From a virus (lineage: Duplodnaviria; Caudoviricetes): DNA of 64,000 nt. Below are positions 37,573 to 45,327 of the stretch, one piece after another. How positions within the stretch are numbered: the stretch's first letter is position 1; each line of letters begins with the position of its first letter. Both the position numbers and the translations under genes were made by a program. Location: the IMG/VR virus record IMGVR_UViG_2602041884_000001, positions 1 through 64,000 of that record; one strand, given 5' to 3'. The notes under the pieces are model-generated. The model saw only the letters and a program-made list of their open reading frames with translations. It did not search any database and was not told the origin of the DNA.

Positions 37573-37800
37573 TTACTTGGCTCCTCTCTTTGTGGACATG
37601 CCGCCCCAGATTCCGTCGGTGGAACCTGTTCTCTTGCGGTAGTCTTGGCATTCTAGCTTTACTGGACACATCATGCAGATCTTCTTCGCCTCGTTTGCGC
37701 GAGCCGATTGACCCGGCCCTGGAAAGAATGCGTCAGGGTCGTGATACCCGGCGCATAGTGCCTGTTCTTTCCAGGGCTCGCGTTCACTTAGGAAGCTGGC
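37573..37800 (-). CDS. whiB: WhiB-family transcription factor domain without canonical start (5' boundary approximate)
   Basis: Manual translation: EREPWKEQALCAGYHDPDAFFPGPGQSARANEAKKICMMCPVKLECQDYRKRTGSTDGIWGGMSTKRGAK; four Cys and GIWGG. Confidence 0.85.
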   Translation of the reverse strand, partial: ASFLSEREPWKEQALCAGYHDPDAFFPGPGQSARANEAKKICMMCPVKLECQDYRKRTGSTDGIWGGMSTKRGAK

Positions 37801-38201
37801 GTAACTTTCGGAGCGGGAATTGGCGTCGGCTGCTTTGGCTCCTTCGCCACAGTGACAGGTTCCGCCTTCTTTTCCTGGTCTGAATCCTGCTCCCGTTGAG
37901 TCTGTTCGGGCTGCGATGGCTCGACAGACTCCGGTGCACCTAAAGGGGCTCGGCCCCCACGGCGGGACTCGAGCTCGAAGGCCGTCTTCGGCTCTCCATC
38001 TCCGTCGCCGAACAGTGCACGCGCGTCGGCTTCTGCGTCATCGCGAGCACTGTTTTCTTTCTGGAATGCAGTCTGCTCCATGTGAACTTGGAATGCAGTC
38101 TTCTCTGTAGGGGCTGTCTGCTTGGGTCGAAAGTCCACGTAGCTGGAGGAGTCTGTTCCAGTTATCGGATTCATTTCGTACGGTCCTGCAGGTGTCGACA
38201 C
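37788..38201 (-). CDS. Hypothetical low-complexity protein upstream of whiB
   Basis: GTG 38201 with SD AAGGGA; repeated (E/K)TAF motif, Pro/Glu-rich tail. Confidence 0.7.
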   Translation of the reverse strand: MSTPAGPYEMNPITGTDSSSYVDFRPKQTAPTEKTAFQVHMEQTAFQKENSARDDAEADARALFGDGDGEPKTAFELESRRGGRAPLGAPESVEPSQPEQTQREQDSDQEKKAEPVTVAKEPKQPTPIPAPKVTPAS

Positions 38202-38228
38202 TTTGTGTCCCTTCGTGGTTGTGGTCCT

Positions 38229-38277
38229 ACCAACGGGTAGCGTATCATGCCGACACATTCATACGCTACCCGTTGGT
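38229..38277. repeat. 17-bp perfect inverted repeat, possible promoter/operator
   Basis: ACCAACGGGTAGCGTAT / ATACGCTACCCGTTGGT with 15-nt spacer. Confidence 0.75.
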
Positions 38278-38282
38278 GTTGC

Positions 38283-38396
38283 CTACTTGTTCTTGTTTTT
38301 CCCGTTGTTCTCGCCCCATGCGAACAGCAGGAAGACTGCCGCAAGTGTGATGACGATTGTCAGCACAATGATCTGAAACACCGTTTCCCAGCTCAT
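38283..38396 (-). CDS. Small membrane protein (37 aa), not in ORF track
   Basis: MSWETVFQIIVLTIVITLAAVFLLFAWGENNGKNKNK; SD GGGAGG; ATGA overlap. Confidence 0.65.
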   Translation of the reverse strand: MSWETVFQIIVLTIVITLAAVFLLFAWGENNGKNKNK

Positions 38397-38647
38397 TTTG
38401 CCTCCCTTCTGTATCGACGTCGGAGCTTTCTAGCTTCCCGCCTATGCCGAAAGCTCATGTAGTACTCTTCAACCCACATATCGTGATTACTCACGATATA
38501 GAGTCTCTCGCACACTGGACACATCCAGATGGTTCCAGCGCCGTATGGCGGATTGTCTAGAAGCCAATCGTCCGCCGCCTCGTCCTTCTTGCGGGGCATC
38601 TCGCATACATGCAGTTCTGTGCGAGGCTTCAACTTTAGGACCGGCAC
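38393..38647 (-). CDS. Small Cys-containing hypothetical protein
   Basis: HVC...WMCPVC. Confidence 0.6.
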   Translation of the reverse strand: MPVLKLKPRTELHVCEMPRKKDEAADDWLLDNPPYGAGTIWMCPVCERLYIVSNHDMWVEEYYMSFRHRREARKLRRRYRREAK

Positions 38648-38862
38648 CTTGGCAACCTTCCCTGTTTCCGGAGACGCATGACCTCAAACAAACCTGCAAT
38701 GTACCACCCGTTGCCCCTTGATCGCCACACGGCTCCACAGTAATCGCACGGTCCTAGAACCTTGTCGACACTTGCAGAGAGTGGAAAGAGCTTGGGCACG
38801 TCGGCACAGTGCTCGCAGTCAGAGGTCGGCAAAAGCGTCATGACTTTCCTCCTCCAGCGCAC
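38635..38862 (-). CDS. Small zinc-finger hypothetical protein
   Basis: CEHC...CDYC; true start probably at the second Met. Confidence 0.55.
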   Translation of the reverse strand: MRWRRKVMTLLPTSDCEHCADVPKLFPLSASVDKVLGPCDYCGAVWRSRGNGWYIAGLFEVMRLRKQGRLPRCRS

Positions 38863-39538
38863 GAGCTGCGCGCTCGTACCGGACCTCGTCTAGCTCGATC
38901 GCAACGGCATTCCGGCCGCAAGACCTTGCCGCTCGAACGAGCGAGCCTGATCCGCCGAAGGGGTCAACAAGGAACGCACCCTCTTGCGTCGAGTGACGAA
39001 TGAGTAGCTCCAGAAGTGCGCCCGGCTTCTCGTGCGGATGAATGAGCTTCTCTGGCCGGAGTTGGGGTACATGTAGTACACCGTTCCTCCGCTTCGCGTT
39101 TCGAGGCGCACGACCCTTCTTGAGAAAGATGATGAACTCGTGCCCCTGGCCCCACGATTCCAGATCACCCATGCCTGGGCCATCCTTCTCCCAAACCAGG
39201 ACTGCCTTGCGAACGAAGCCGTACTGAGCACAGAAATCGTCGAGCATGACGAGCCAATCGCTGAGGACCTGGTATGCGGTGAAGACGTAGAGGTCGCAGT
39301 GCTCTTTGGTCTTGGGAAGCAAAGCCCCCATAACCTCTTTGAACACCTTAATTGCAACCTCTGGAGACTCGTCATTGGCGATCTTTGTTGCATACTTCTT
39401 TCCGCCCTCAGTGACAGCCATGTTAGACAGGTTGTCCACCCCGAAGGGGGGGTCAGTGATAATGCAATCCACTGACCCCTCCTTGAAGCGCTGGCACAAC
39501 TCTTCGGACTTGCCGTGCCAGATCTGATGGATTTTCAC
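38819..39538 (-). CDS. DNA amino-methyltransferase (N6-A/N4-C, beta class)
   Basis: TDPPF catalytic motif before HPHEKP and DPFGGSGS SAM-binding motif. Confidence 0.9.
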   Translation of the reverse strand: MKIHQIWHGKSEELCQRFKEGSVDCIITDPPFGVDNLSNMAVTEGGKKYATKIANDESPEVAIKVFKEVMGALLPKTKEHCDLYVFTAYQVLSDWLVMLDDFCAQYGFVRKAVLVWEKDGPGMGDLESWGQGHEFIIFLKKGRAPRNAKRRNGVLHVPQLRPEKLIHPHEKPGALLELLIRHSTQEGAFLVDPFGGSGSLVRAARSCGRNAVAIELDEVRYERAARALEEESHDAFADL

Positions 39539-39801
39539 GGCAGATCGATCTCCGACTCGTCATCGAACTGAACATGCTGAAGCGTGAGCTTCTTGAGGGA
39601 GCCGCCGATTGAGCTGCTGATGTCATCGATGCCATCAGCGTCCTCCACGATTGCATCGAGGGTCGCAGTTCCGAGCTTCTCCAGCAGGTCCGAGTCGAGG
39701 TCGTCCTCTTCGATGCCCTCTTCTGACAGGAAGTTTTCGAGCTCGTCTTCCTCGACCGGCACACTGGGGTTGTCCAGTTCGATCTTAAGTGTGATGATCA
39801 T
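39535..39801 (-). CDS. Highly acidic small protein
   Basis: About 27 D/E in 88 aa; 4-bp overlaps on both sides. Confidence 0.7.
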   Translation of the reverse strand: MIITLKIELDNPSVPVEEDELENFLSEEGIEEDDLDSDLLEKLGTATLDAIVEDADGIDDISSSIGGSLKKLTLQHVQFDDESEIDLP

Positions 39802-40031
39802 TCGTTCTTCTCCTTGGTTGTTTCTTCTTCGGTGACGGATACGAGTTTAACCTTGAGCTCCCCGCCGTATCCATGCGCAAGCTCTTCGAGTGTTACCGAA
39901 CCTTCGCGGTAAACGTCGAGGTCAACGAGTACTGCCTCTCGAGCATCCTCAACGAACTCGTCCTGATTGTAGTCCGCGAGTTCTATCTCCGCTCCGGTTA
40001 TTTCTAACTGGAGCACGATCTTCTGGGTCAC
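39798..40031 (-). CDS. Acidic small protein
   Basis: Coupled overlaps; resembles its neighbour. Confidence 0.7.
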   Translation of the reverse strand: MTQKIVLQLEITGAEIELADYNQDEFVEDAREAVLVDLDVYREGSVTLEELAHGYGGELKVKLVSVTEEETTKEKNE

Positions 40032-40927
40032 GACTCTTCGTCCTCCTTCAGGGAGTCTTCCGCCTCCTGGTGGAGCTTTAGGTTGCGCAGAATGTCGTCC
40101 TTGATGAACTCTGGAACCGTCGGACCCTGGCCACTCTTCGAGCCGAGACGATAGCTACCGTACTTGACATGAACCTGGCTGGTCATGTAGTATAGTCCGC
40201 GATCGAGCGTGCGCTGCAGCTTCTTGTTGAACCGGAACCAGCCAAGCAGGCCAGGGTAGTTCTTTCGAAGCTGCTTCTGGAATGCCGGGTCGGTCAACCG
40301 AGCGAACGTGAAGCCCACCCAGGAGGCTACATCGCCGATCCAGAACTCGTTTGTGAACTGGCTCGCCTCCATGAAGAGATCTTCTTCTGGGTTGGATGAC
40401 GCGATGATGTCTGCCGGTGCGCAGAACTGAAACATGCGATCCGATGCGCGACCAGAAGCACCACGCTGACCAGTGATTCCGAAGCCTCCGGGATCAGGGC
40501 CGACGATATCGCCCGAGTTCCGGCGAGGGTCCGCGATTCCGTAGTAAGCCTCCATGTAGTGCGGAAGCTGCGACTCGAGTCGCTCGGTAAGCGTCTCGAG
40601 TCCCCACTCTTGCATGATGTTTCCGGCGATCGTGGCACCCTGACTGTAGCCGATCAAGAACACAAGCGCGTTCGGATCGCTCGAGTCGATCGACTTGAGA
40701 ATCTTGCGGAGATTCTTTTCGCCGTTCTTTACCGAGTTGCTGTAGCTCGCCTTGTCTCCGTATGCGGAGGTGTACGGCACCGACATGCTGGTGATCTCGT
40801 ACCCGAAGGCGATCGGCGGGAGCTTGTCGGTGATCGTCTTCGTGAACCCCACAGGGGGCAGTGGCGCAAGTGCTTCGTGGGTTTCCGACGTGCCTGGCAC
40901 GCAGATTACATATGCACGCTTGGTCAT
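40028..40927 (-). CDS. lysB: Lysin B / cutinase-like serine esterase
   Basis: VPGT, LIGYSQGA nucleophile elbow, ADPRR, DIIA and HVKY; start reassigned to ATG 40927. Confidence 0.82.
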   Translation of the reverse strand: MTKRAYVICVPGTSETHEALAPLPPVGFTKTITDKLPPIAFGYEITSMSVPYTSAYGDKASYSNSVKNGEKNLRKILKSIDSSDPNALVFLIGYSQGATIAGNIMQEWGLETLTERLESQLPHYMEAYYGIADPRRNSGDIVGPDPGGFGITGQRGASGRASDRMFQFCAPADIIASSNPEEDLFMEASQFTNEFWIGDVASWVGFTFARLTDPAFQKQLRKNYPGLLGWFRFNKKLQRTLDRGLYYMTSQVHVKYGSYRLGSKSGQGPTVPEFIKDDILRNLKLHQEAEDSLKEDEES

Positions 40928-40928
40928 G

Positions 40929-41414
40929 TCAGTACTTCCGTCCGTGCTTGTAGGGGCGAGTGGTGTTGTAGTCCATCTTGAAGATGAGCGCCTCGGCGAG
41001 CGGGAGTGCCCGACCCTCTGCCGAGTCGCCGCAGCGAATGAAGATGTCTGCGAACTCGGCGGCGGCACCTTCGGCCTTGCGTGGTGAGCCGTCCTCGTTG
41101 TACGGATCGAGCGGGAAGTTTTCGCCGGACTCATCCGCCTTGAACCAGAGCGACGGCTCGCCCGAACGGTTCGACTCCAGCGCTTCGCTGACTTCGGAGT
41201 GAATGAGTGCGATCTCCTCGGAGAACGGTCGATCGCCCTCGTGGAACCCCTTGCTTTCGGTGGTCGCCCAGGCGGCGGCCTGGAGCAGGTTGATCGCCTC
41301 GTAGATCAGCGTTCGGCCCTCGTCGTTCAGTACGCCGGTCTTCGGGTCGTAGAACGAGTCGATGTTTCGCGCTCCGAGGAACGGGAGTGCCTGGTCGGGT
41401 GTAGGGTATGTCAT
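40929..41414 (-). CDS. mazG: MazG-like nucleotide pyrophosphohydrolase
   Basis: LIHSEVSEALE ... EFADIFIR ... KMDYNTTRPYKHG. Confidence 0.85.
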   Translation of the reverse strand: MTYPTPDQALPFLGARNIDSFYDPKTGVLNDEGRTLIYEAINLLQAAAWATTESKGFHEGDRPFSEEIALIHSEVSEALESNRSGEPSLWFKADESGENFPLDPYNEDGSPRKAEGAAAEFADIFIRCGDSAEGRALPLAEALIFKMDYNTTRPYKHGRKY

Positions 41415-41566
41415 TTCTTGCTCTCTCTTGTTACGATGTGGCCGCTAATCTTGTTAACGTACCTGATTTTATTGTTCATTACTCCGTCGTACTTGAGAAT
41501 GAACCTGTCCAGAAACTCGAAGCGTTGCAGAAACATTCCGAGTCGTTCGCGTTTTGAGTATCCCAC
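41411..41566 (-). CDS. Small basic protein (51 aa), not in ORF track
   Basis: MGYSKRERLGMFLQRFEFLDRFILKYDG...; fills the gap with TAGTG and ATGA overlaps. Confidence 0.55.
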   Translation of the reverse strand: MGYSKRERLGMFLQRFEFLDRFILKYDGVMNNKIRYVNKISGHIVTRESKK

Positions 41567-42141
41567 TAGGGCTCCCACTCGTTGTCTGTGATATCGTTAC
41601 CGCCGAGCTCTGCTCGAATCATCTCTTCCCATGCCTGCTGGCCAGCGGGCGAGAACATTTCTGTCGAGTGACAGATGGCAGTAGCCTCTGGGTTGAACTC
41701 TGCGACGCTGTGTCGAACCTCGATCACGACGAACGGCAGAGTGCTTGACCTTTGTTCTGCGTGCAGCCGGGATTCGACGCGGATCACATGGCGGTCGTTG
41801 TCGATGCTGCCGCCCTGCATCGCGTCCTCTGTTCCCTTTTGCATGTTGGTCACGTCGGCCCAGTTGCGAGTTAAAGTGGCACCACTCGCTATCTTGGTTT
41901 TCGTTAGCTGCCGACTGAATGTGAACCTGATGCTGTAGTATGGGCCGGGAAGGTTGTGAAGACCAGTGAGAACCAGCTCGTCCTCGAGTGCGTTCTGATA
42001 CATCTTCAGAACCTGGTTCGGCGTGATCTTTGTGATCCTCTTCTTGTTCTTGAGTGGAATCACCTGGACCTTGCCCATTGCCCAGGGCTCTGGATTCAGG
42101 GGGAACGCAGCAGCTACTACATTCTCGAAGCTACTAGTCAT
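41566..42141 (-). CDS. rusA: RusA-like Holliday junction resolvase
   Basis: ADVTNMQKGTEDAMQG..IDNDRHV matches D..N..K...D......D.D. Confidence 0.75.
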   Translation of the reverse strand: MTSSFENVVAAAFPLNPEPWAMGKVQVIPLKNKKRITKITPNQVLKMYQNALEDELVLTGLHNLPGPYYSIRFTFSRQLTKTKIASGATLTRNWADVTNMQKGTEDAMQGGSIDNDRHVIRVESRLHAEQRSSTLPFVVIEVRHSVAEFNPEATAICHSTEMFSPAGQQAWEEMIRAELGGNDITDNEWEP

Positions 42142-42319
42142 CCTCTGACTCCAGATCAAAGACATCGCGCGAGTTGGTGAAGCTGATGTTATGTCTTTCC
42201 AACTCGGCTTGCGCATCGAGCATGATGTACTTTGCTCGATCTACTTTCTTTGCGTCTTCGAGTGGAACTCGAATCGTAAGGCTCATGATTACGATTCTCT
42301 CAGACACTTCGATCACCAT
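42134..42319 (-). CDS. Hypothetical protein
   Basis: Fills gap with overlaps. Confidence 0.5.
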   Translation of the reverse strand: MVIEVSERIVIMSLTIRVPLEDAKKVDRAKYIMLDAQAELERHNISFTNSRDVFDLESEDD

Positions 42320-42665
42320 ACTCTAGTCGATGTAGCTGACCCTGTGCGCCCAGGGACCAGACCTTGAACTTGAGGAAGTCTGCGACGTTGAGCTCGTTCA
42401 TCGCGCCGCGCGAACCTCGCCAGCCGCTCAGGAGAACGAGGTCGGTGCAGTCTAGCATGGCGCGGAGCGACTCGCGCGCATACACCTCGTACGGAAGCGA
42501 GCCCGGAACGCCTGGAAGGGCCCGGGCCGTCTCGGCTGGCGAGACGACTTCGTATCCGGCCTTGCGCAGGGCAACCGCCGCCTCGTCGAACGCGCCGAAG
42601 TTGTGATCTTTCTTTCCGCTCATCGGCCCAGCGATGTACAGTCGCCGCAGTGTGCTAATTGCCAT
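42300..42665 (-). CDS. DUF4406 / nucleoside 2-deoxyribosyltransferase-like protein
   Basis: LYIAGPMSG..HNF.AF, VVSPA, GW..SRGA..E. Confidence 0.8.
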   Translation of the reverse strand: MAISTLRRLYIAGPMSGKKDHNFGAFDEAAVALRKAGYEVVSPAETARALPGVPGSLPYEVYARESLRAMLDCTDLVLLSGWRGSRGAMNELNVADFLKFKVWSLGAQGQLHRLEYGDRSV

Positions 42666-43794
42666 CCTTCTTGATCTCCTTCATGTCGATGCGCGGCATG
42701 ATCGCCGCCTCGTATCCACCGACCGCCTGAACCTTGACGACCGAGACCGGCTTCGAGGGGTTGTAGAACATCGTGAGTTCTTTTGTAGGCGACTTCGATA
42801 TCGCCTCCGTGAAGAACTCAATCGAGAAGATGTATCGAACCAGCTCGTCGTGCGGAGCATCCTCGATCAGGAGGATCGACTCCTCGATCTCTTCGGACGA
42901 GTCCCTGTCTCGAATTGCCAGCGTCATCATCTCGCCCACGATGAACACATCGAGTGCGATCTGCCGATCGGCACGCCCAACCTTCGAGACGCGGTTGAGT
43001 GCATTGACAACCTCGTCGCGGTTGAATGAGATAGAAGCCTCGTACTCCTTCTCCATGACGCGGTTCACCGGGTCGAAGCCCGGGTCGAACATCGTGCACT
43101 TGATGAGAATATCCTCGGTCGGAGACATGACGAGGTGGTTGCCGATCACGCCCACCTCAACCTCCTCGAGCGTGCGGAGGATTGGGGACACAAGCTGGTA
43201 AGGAATGACGACGTTCTCGCGTCCGTCCTTGAACTTGTACTCGTTCGGCACCCGAACCAAGGCGATCCCGTTCGTCGCGCAGAGGTAATCCTCGTCCATG
43301 TAGACTCCACACCTGGGTGGCATGCCGTCGTTGGTGGTTGCCCAGCCTACCAGGTCCATGCGAGCGCCGAGGCCGGTCATCTGAATCATGTTCTCGGGCT
43401 CGTACAAGAAGTGCTCGATGTCTGGATACTCACCGCCCCGAATGAGCGGAGTCGTAGCCTTCATTCGACCACTGGTCATGCGAATCTTTCCGCCCTCGTC
43501 CTTCATCTTGATGTTGCCCTTGACGGACAGGTTCGAGATGATTCCAGGGGTTGACACGGACGAGACGCGCCACGACACTGCCTGATCGACTTCCATGTTC
43601 ACCGGGTACAGGTACTCGGTGTAGTACAGCTCGCCGTTCGTTGCACGAAGCGTTACGAACTCTTCGTCGGGATTAATGTCAAAGACAAACCCCTTGAACA
43701 TGTCAAACTCGCGGCCTCGTGTGGGAGCAACCGTGTTTGCGCGCTTGATGGCATCCGCCAGCGTTGCGTTGTTGAACTCGATTACTGTAGCCAC
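42655..43794 (-). CDS. dnaN: DNA polymerase III beta sliding clamp
   Basis: 379 aa; LRATNGE, EYPDI, GVYM..LCATNG, ALNRV, AAIMPR. Confidence 0.8.
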   Translation of the reverse strand: MATVIEFNNATLADAIKRANTVAPTRGREFDMFKGFVFDINPDEEFVTLRATNGELYYTEYLYPVNMEVDQAVSWRVSSVSTPGIISNLSVKGNIKMKDEGGKIRMTSGRMKATTPLIRGGEYPDIEHFLYEPENMIQMTGLGARMDLVGWATTNDGMPPRCGVYMDEDYLCATNGIALVRVPNEYKFKDGRENVVIPYQLVSPILRTLEEVEVGVIGNHLVMSPTEDILIKCTMFDPGFDPVNRVMEKEYEASISFNRDEVVNALNRVSKVGRADRQIALDVFIVGEMMTLAIRDRDSSEEIEESILLIEDAPHDELVRYIFSIEFFTEAISKSPTKELTMFYNPSKPVSVVKVQAVGGYEAAIMPRIDMKEIKKDGN

Positions 43795-43795
43795 A

Positions 43796-43993
43796 TCACT
43801 CCTTTACTGAGAATCTTACGGTTGAGACGCCAGCGTGTTTGGAATCAGCGTCGTCTGGAATTGTACTTACCCCTACCTCGACATAAGTGTCCTCGTCGAG
43901 TCCAGCAACGAACGAGGCAAGATCTTTCACCCGAAGGTTCCCGGTTGAAGTTGGGGTTGTAAAAGACAAGCGCCTATCCCTGTAGACCGCCAT
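43796..43993 (-). CDS. Hypothetical protein
   Basis: Tightly packed ORF. Confidence 0.6.
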   Translation of the reverse strand: MAVYRDRRLSFTTPTSTGNLRVKDLASFVAGLDEDTYVEVGVSTIPDDADSKHAGVSTVRFSVKE

Positions 43994-43994
43994 A

Positions 43995-44615
43995 TCACGA
44001 CTCTGGAAGAATCATCGCGGTAGCTGCGGTCTTGGTAACCCACTTGTCGATCCGGCGTTCGAGGTCGACGGAGTGCTGAATGTCGACAAGCGGTCGGTGA
44101 TCGGGCGAGTCGGACCGGAACTTGGTCTCGTCGTTGTCGATCTTCTTCCACAGGAGCGGGTTGGTAACCTTGAGGCGCTCCATGTCCGACGACGAGTCGA
44201 TGTTGCGGTAGTGGAAGAAGTCGTTCAGCTCCGGCATCTTGGCCGCCATGAAGCGGCGATCGAAGTGAACCGAGCTTCCCCACACCGGAAGTCGCTTCGC
44301 ACCCCAGGCCTTGACGACCTCGAGGATCGAAGCCTCGGCCTCGAAGTACTGGCGAGGCATGACGCCTCGCTCCTGCAGAGACTCGAGCTCTCCGAGCAGG
44401 CCAGACTTGCGGTGCATGCGAACGATGAAGTCGTCGAGGTCGTTGCTCTTGAGGCGTGCCGCGAGCTGCGGAGTCCAGATCACAGCCTGGTGGGACTCTG
44501 TGATCTCCCATGTGCGGGTGTCGACTCGGGCAATGCCGAACTCGATCATCTCTTCCTTGTTCGCATCCAGGCCGGTGGTCTCGACGTCGATGAATACTGC
44601 TTCGTACGGCTTCAT
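43995..44615 (-). CDS. orn: Oligoribonuclease (DEDDh exonuclease)
   Basis: IDVETTGLD, MH.KSGLL, GSSVHFDRRFM, FFHYRNIDSSS, HRPLVDI. Confidence 0.85.
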   Translation of the reverse strand: MKPYEAVFIDVETTGLDANKEEMIEFGIARVDTRTWEITESHQAVIWTPQLAARLKSNDLDDFIVRMHRKSGLLGELESLQERGVMPRQYFEAEASILEVVKAWGAKRLPVWGSSVHFDRRFMAAKMPELNDFFHYRNIDSSSDMERLKVTNPLLWKKIDNDETKFRSDSPDHRPLVDIQHSVDLERRIDKWVTKTAATAMILPES

Positions 44616-44803
44616 GAGTTTGACTCCTTGATGTATTTGTGCACGTCTGACCGGGGGATCAGCCAGGACTTGCCGGGTCGGCTTGCGTTCGGGAACACTC
44701 CTTCGCGCAACTTAACTCGCACGGTCGCTTCTGTGACCATGAGAATTTCTGACACTTCGCGCGTGTTGAGTAGCTCTTGATCTGGCGCGATTCTCACTGT
44801 CAC
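44612..44803 (-). CDS. Excisionase/MerR-like HTH DNA-binding protein
   Basis: LLNTREVSEIL.V...TVR...GKSWLIP. Confidence 0.8.
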   Translation of the reverse strand: MTVRIAPDQELLNTREVSEILMVTEATVRVKLREGVFPNASRPGKSWLIPRSDVHKYIKESNS

Positions 44804-45092
44804 TCCTTTCGTAGTAGCTATCTATTGCTTTGGCTTCATCTACAACCTCTAGGTCATATACCATGACCTTCATTCTGCAGGCAGAACAGAGTCCTTCGGA
44901 CCTGCGCAACTCTACCGATCCGCTGGGGTGTCTCTTGTCCCACTCTATGTAATAGTCGAACGAAGATGTCATATGCATTGACGACAGTCCATATTGACTG
45001 TCGAGTGCTACCGGCGTGATGTCGGCCAGCGCGTCCTTCGGCATCCCGCACCACTTGACGTGACTGATGCAGCCGTTAGCCTTCATCCTCAT
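44712..45092 (-). CDS. Hypothetical protein
   Basis: Fills gap, but overlaps the HTH gene by ~90 bp. Confidence 0.45.
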   Translation of the reverse strand: MRMKANGCISHVKWCGMPKDALADITPVALDSQYGLSSMHMTSSFDYYIEWDKRHPSGSVELRRSEGLCSACRMKVMVYDLEVVDEAKAIDSYYERSDSENRARSRATQHARSVRNSHGHRSDRAS

Positions 45093-45327
45093 CGCCAGCC
45101 TTGAGCCATGCGAGGAGCCTCTCGGACACTGTAATGATCAGCTCTGATCGCTTCACGCCGGGCGTGTTTCCGGTGCCCATGTAGATATCTGTCGCACACC
45201 TCATCGCAAGCATGCGCAACTCGCGCTCGGTTGTTGCCGAGCCGATCTGCATTGCAGGGCCTAGCGCAATTGCGGAGTTGTCTCCGCTGATCGGCCCGAG
45301 CGTGTAGTCTCTCTGTGTCTCTTCCAT
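45076..45327 (-). CDS. Hypothetical protein
   Basis: TAATG overlap with helicase. Confidence 0.65.
   Translation of the reverse strand: MEETQRDYTLGPISGDNSAIALGPAMQIGSATTERELRMLAMRCATDIYMGTGNTPGVKRSELIITVSERLLAWLKAGDEDEG

Noticed and set aside
44612-44803. Excisionase-like HTH as evidence of a temperate phage or prophage
   Set aside because: No integrase, repressor, att site or host genes in the window; this HTH family also occurs in lytic phages
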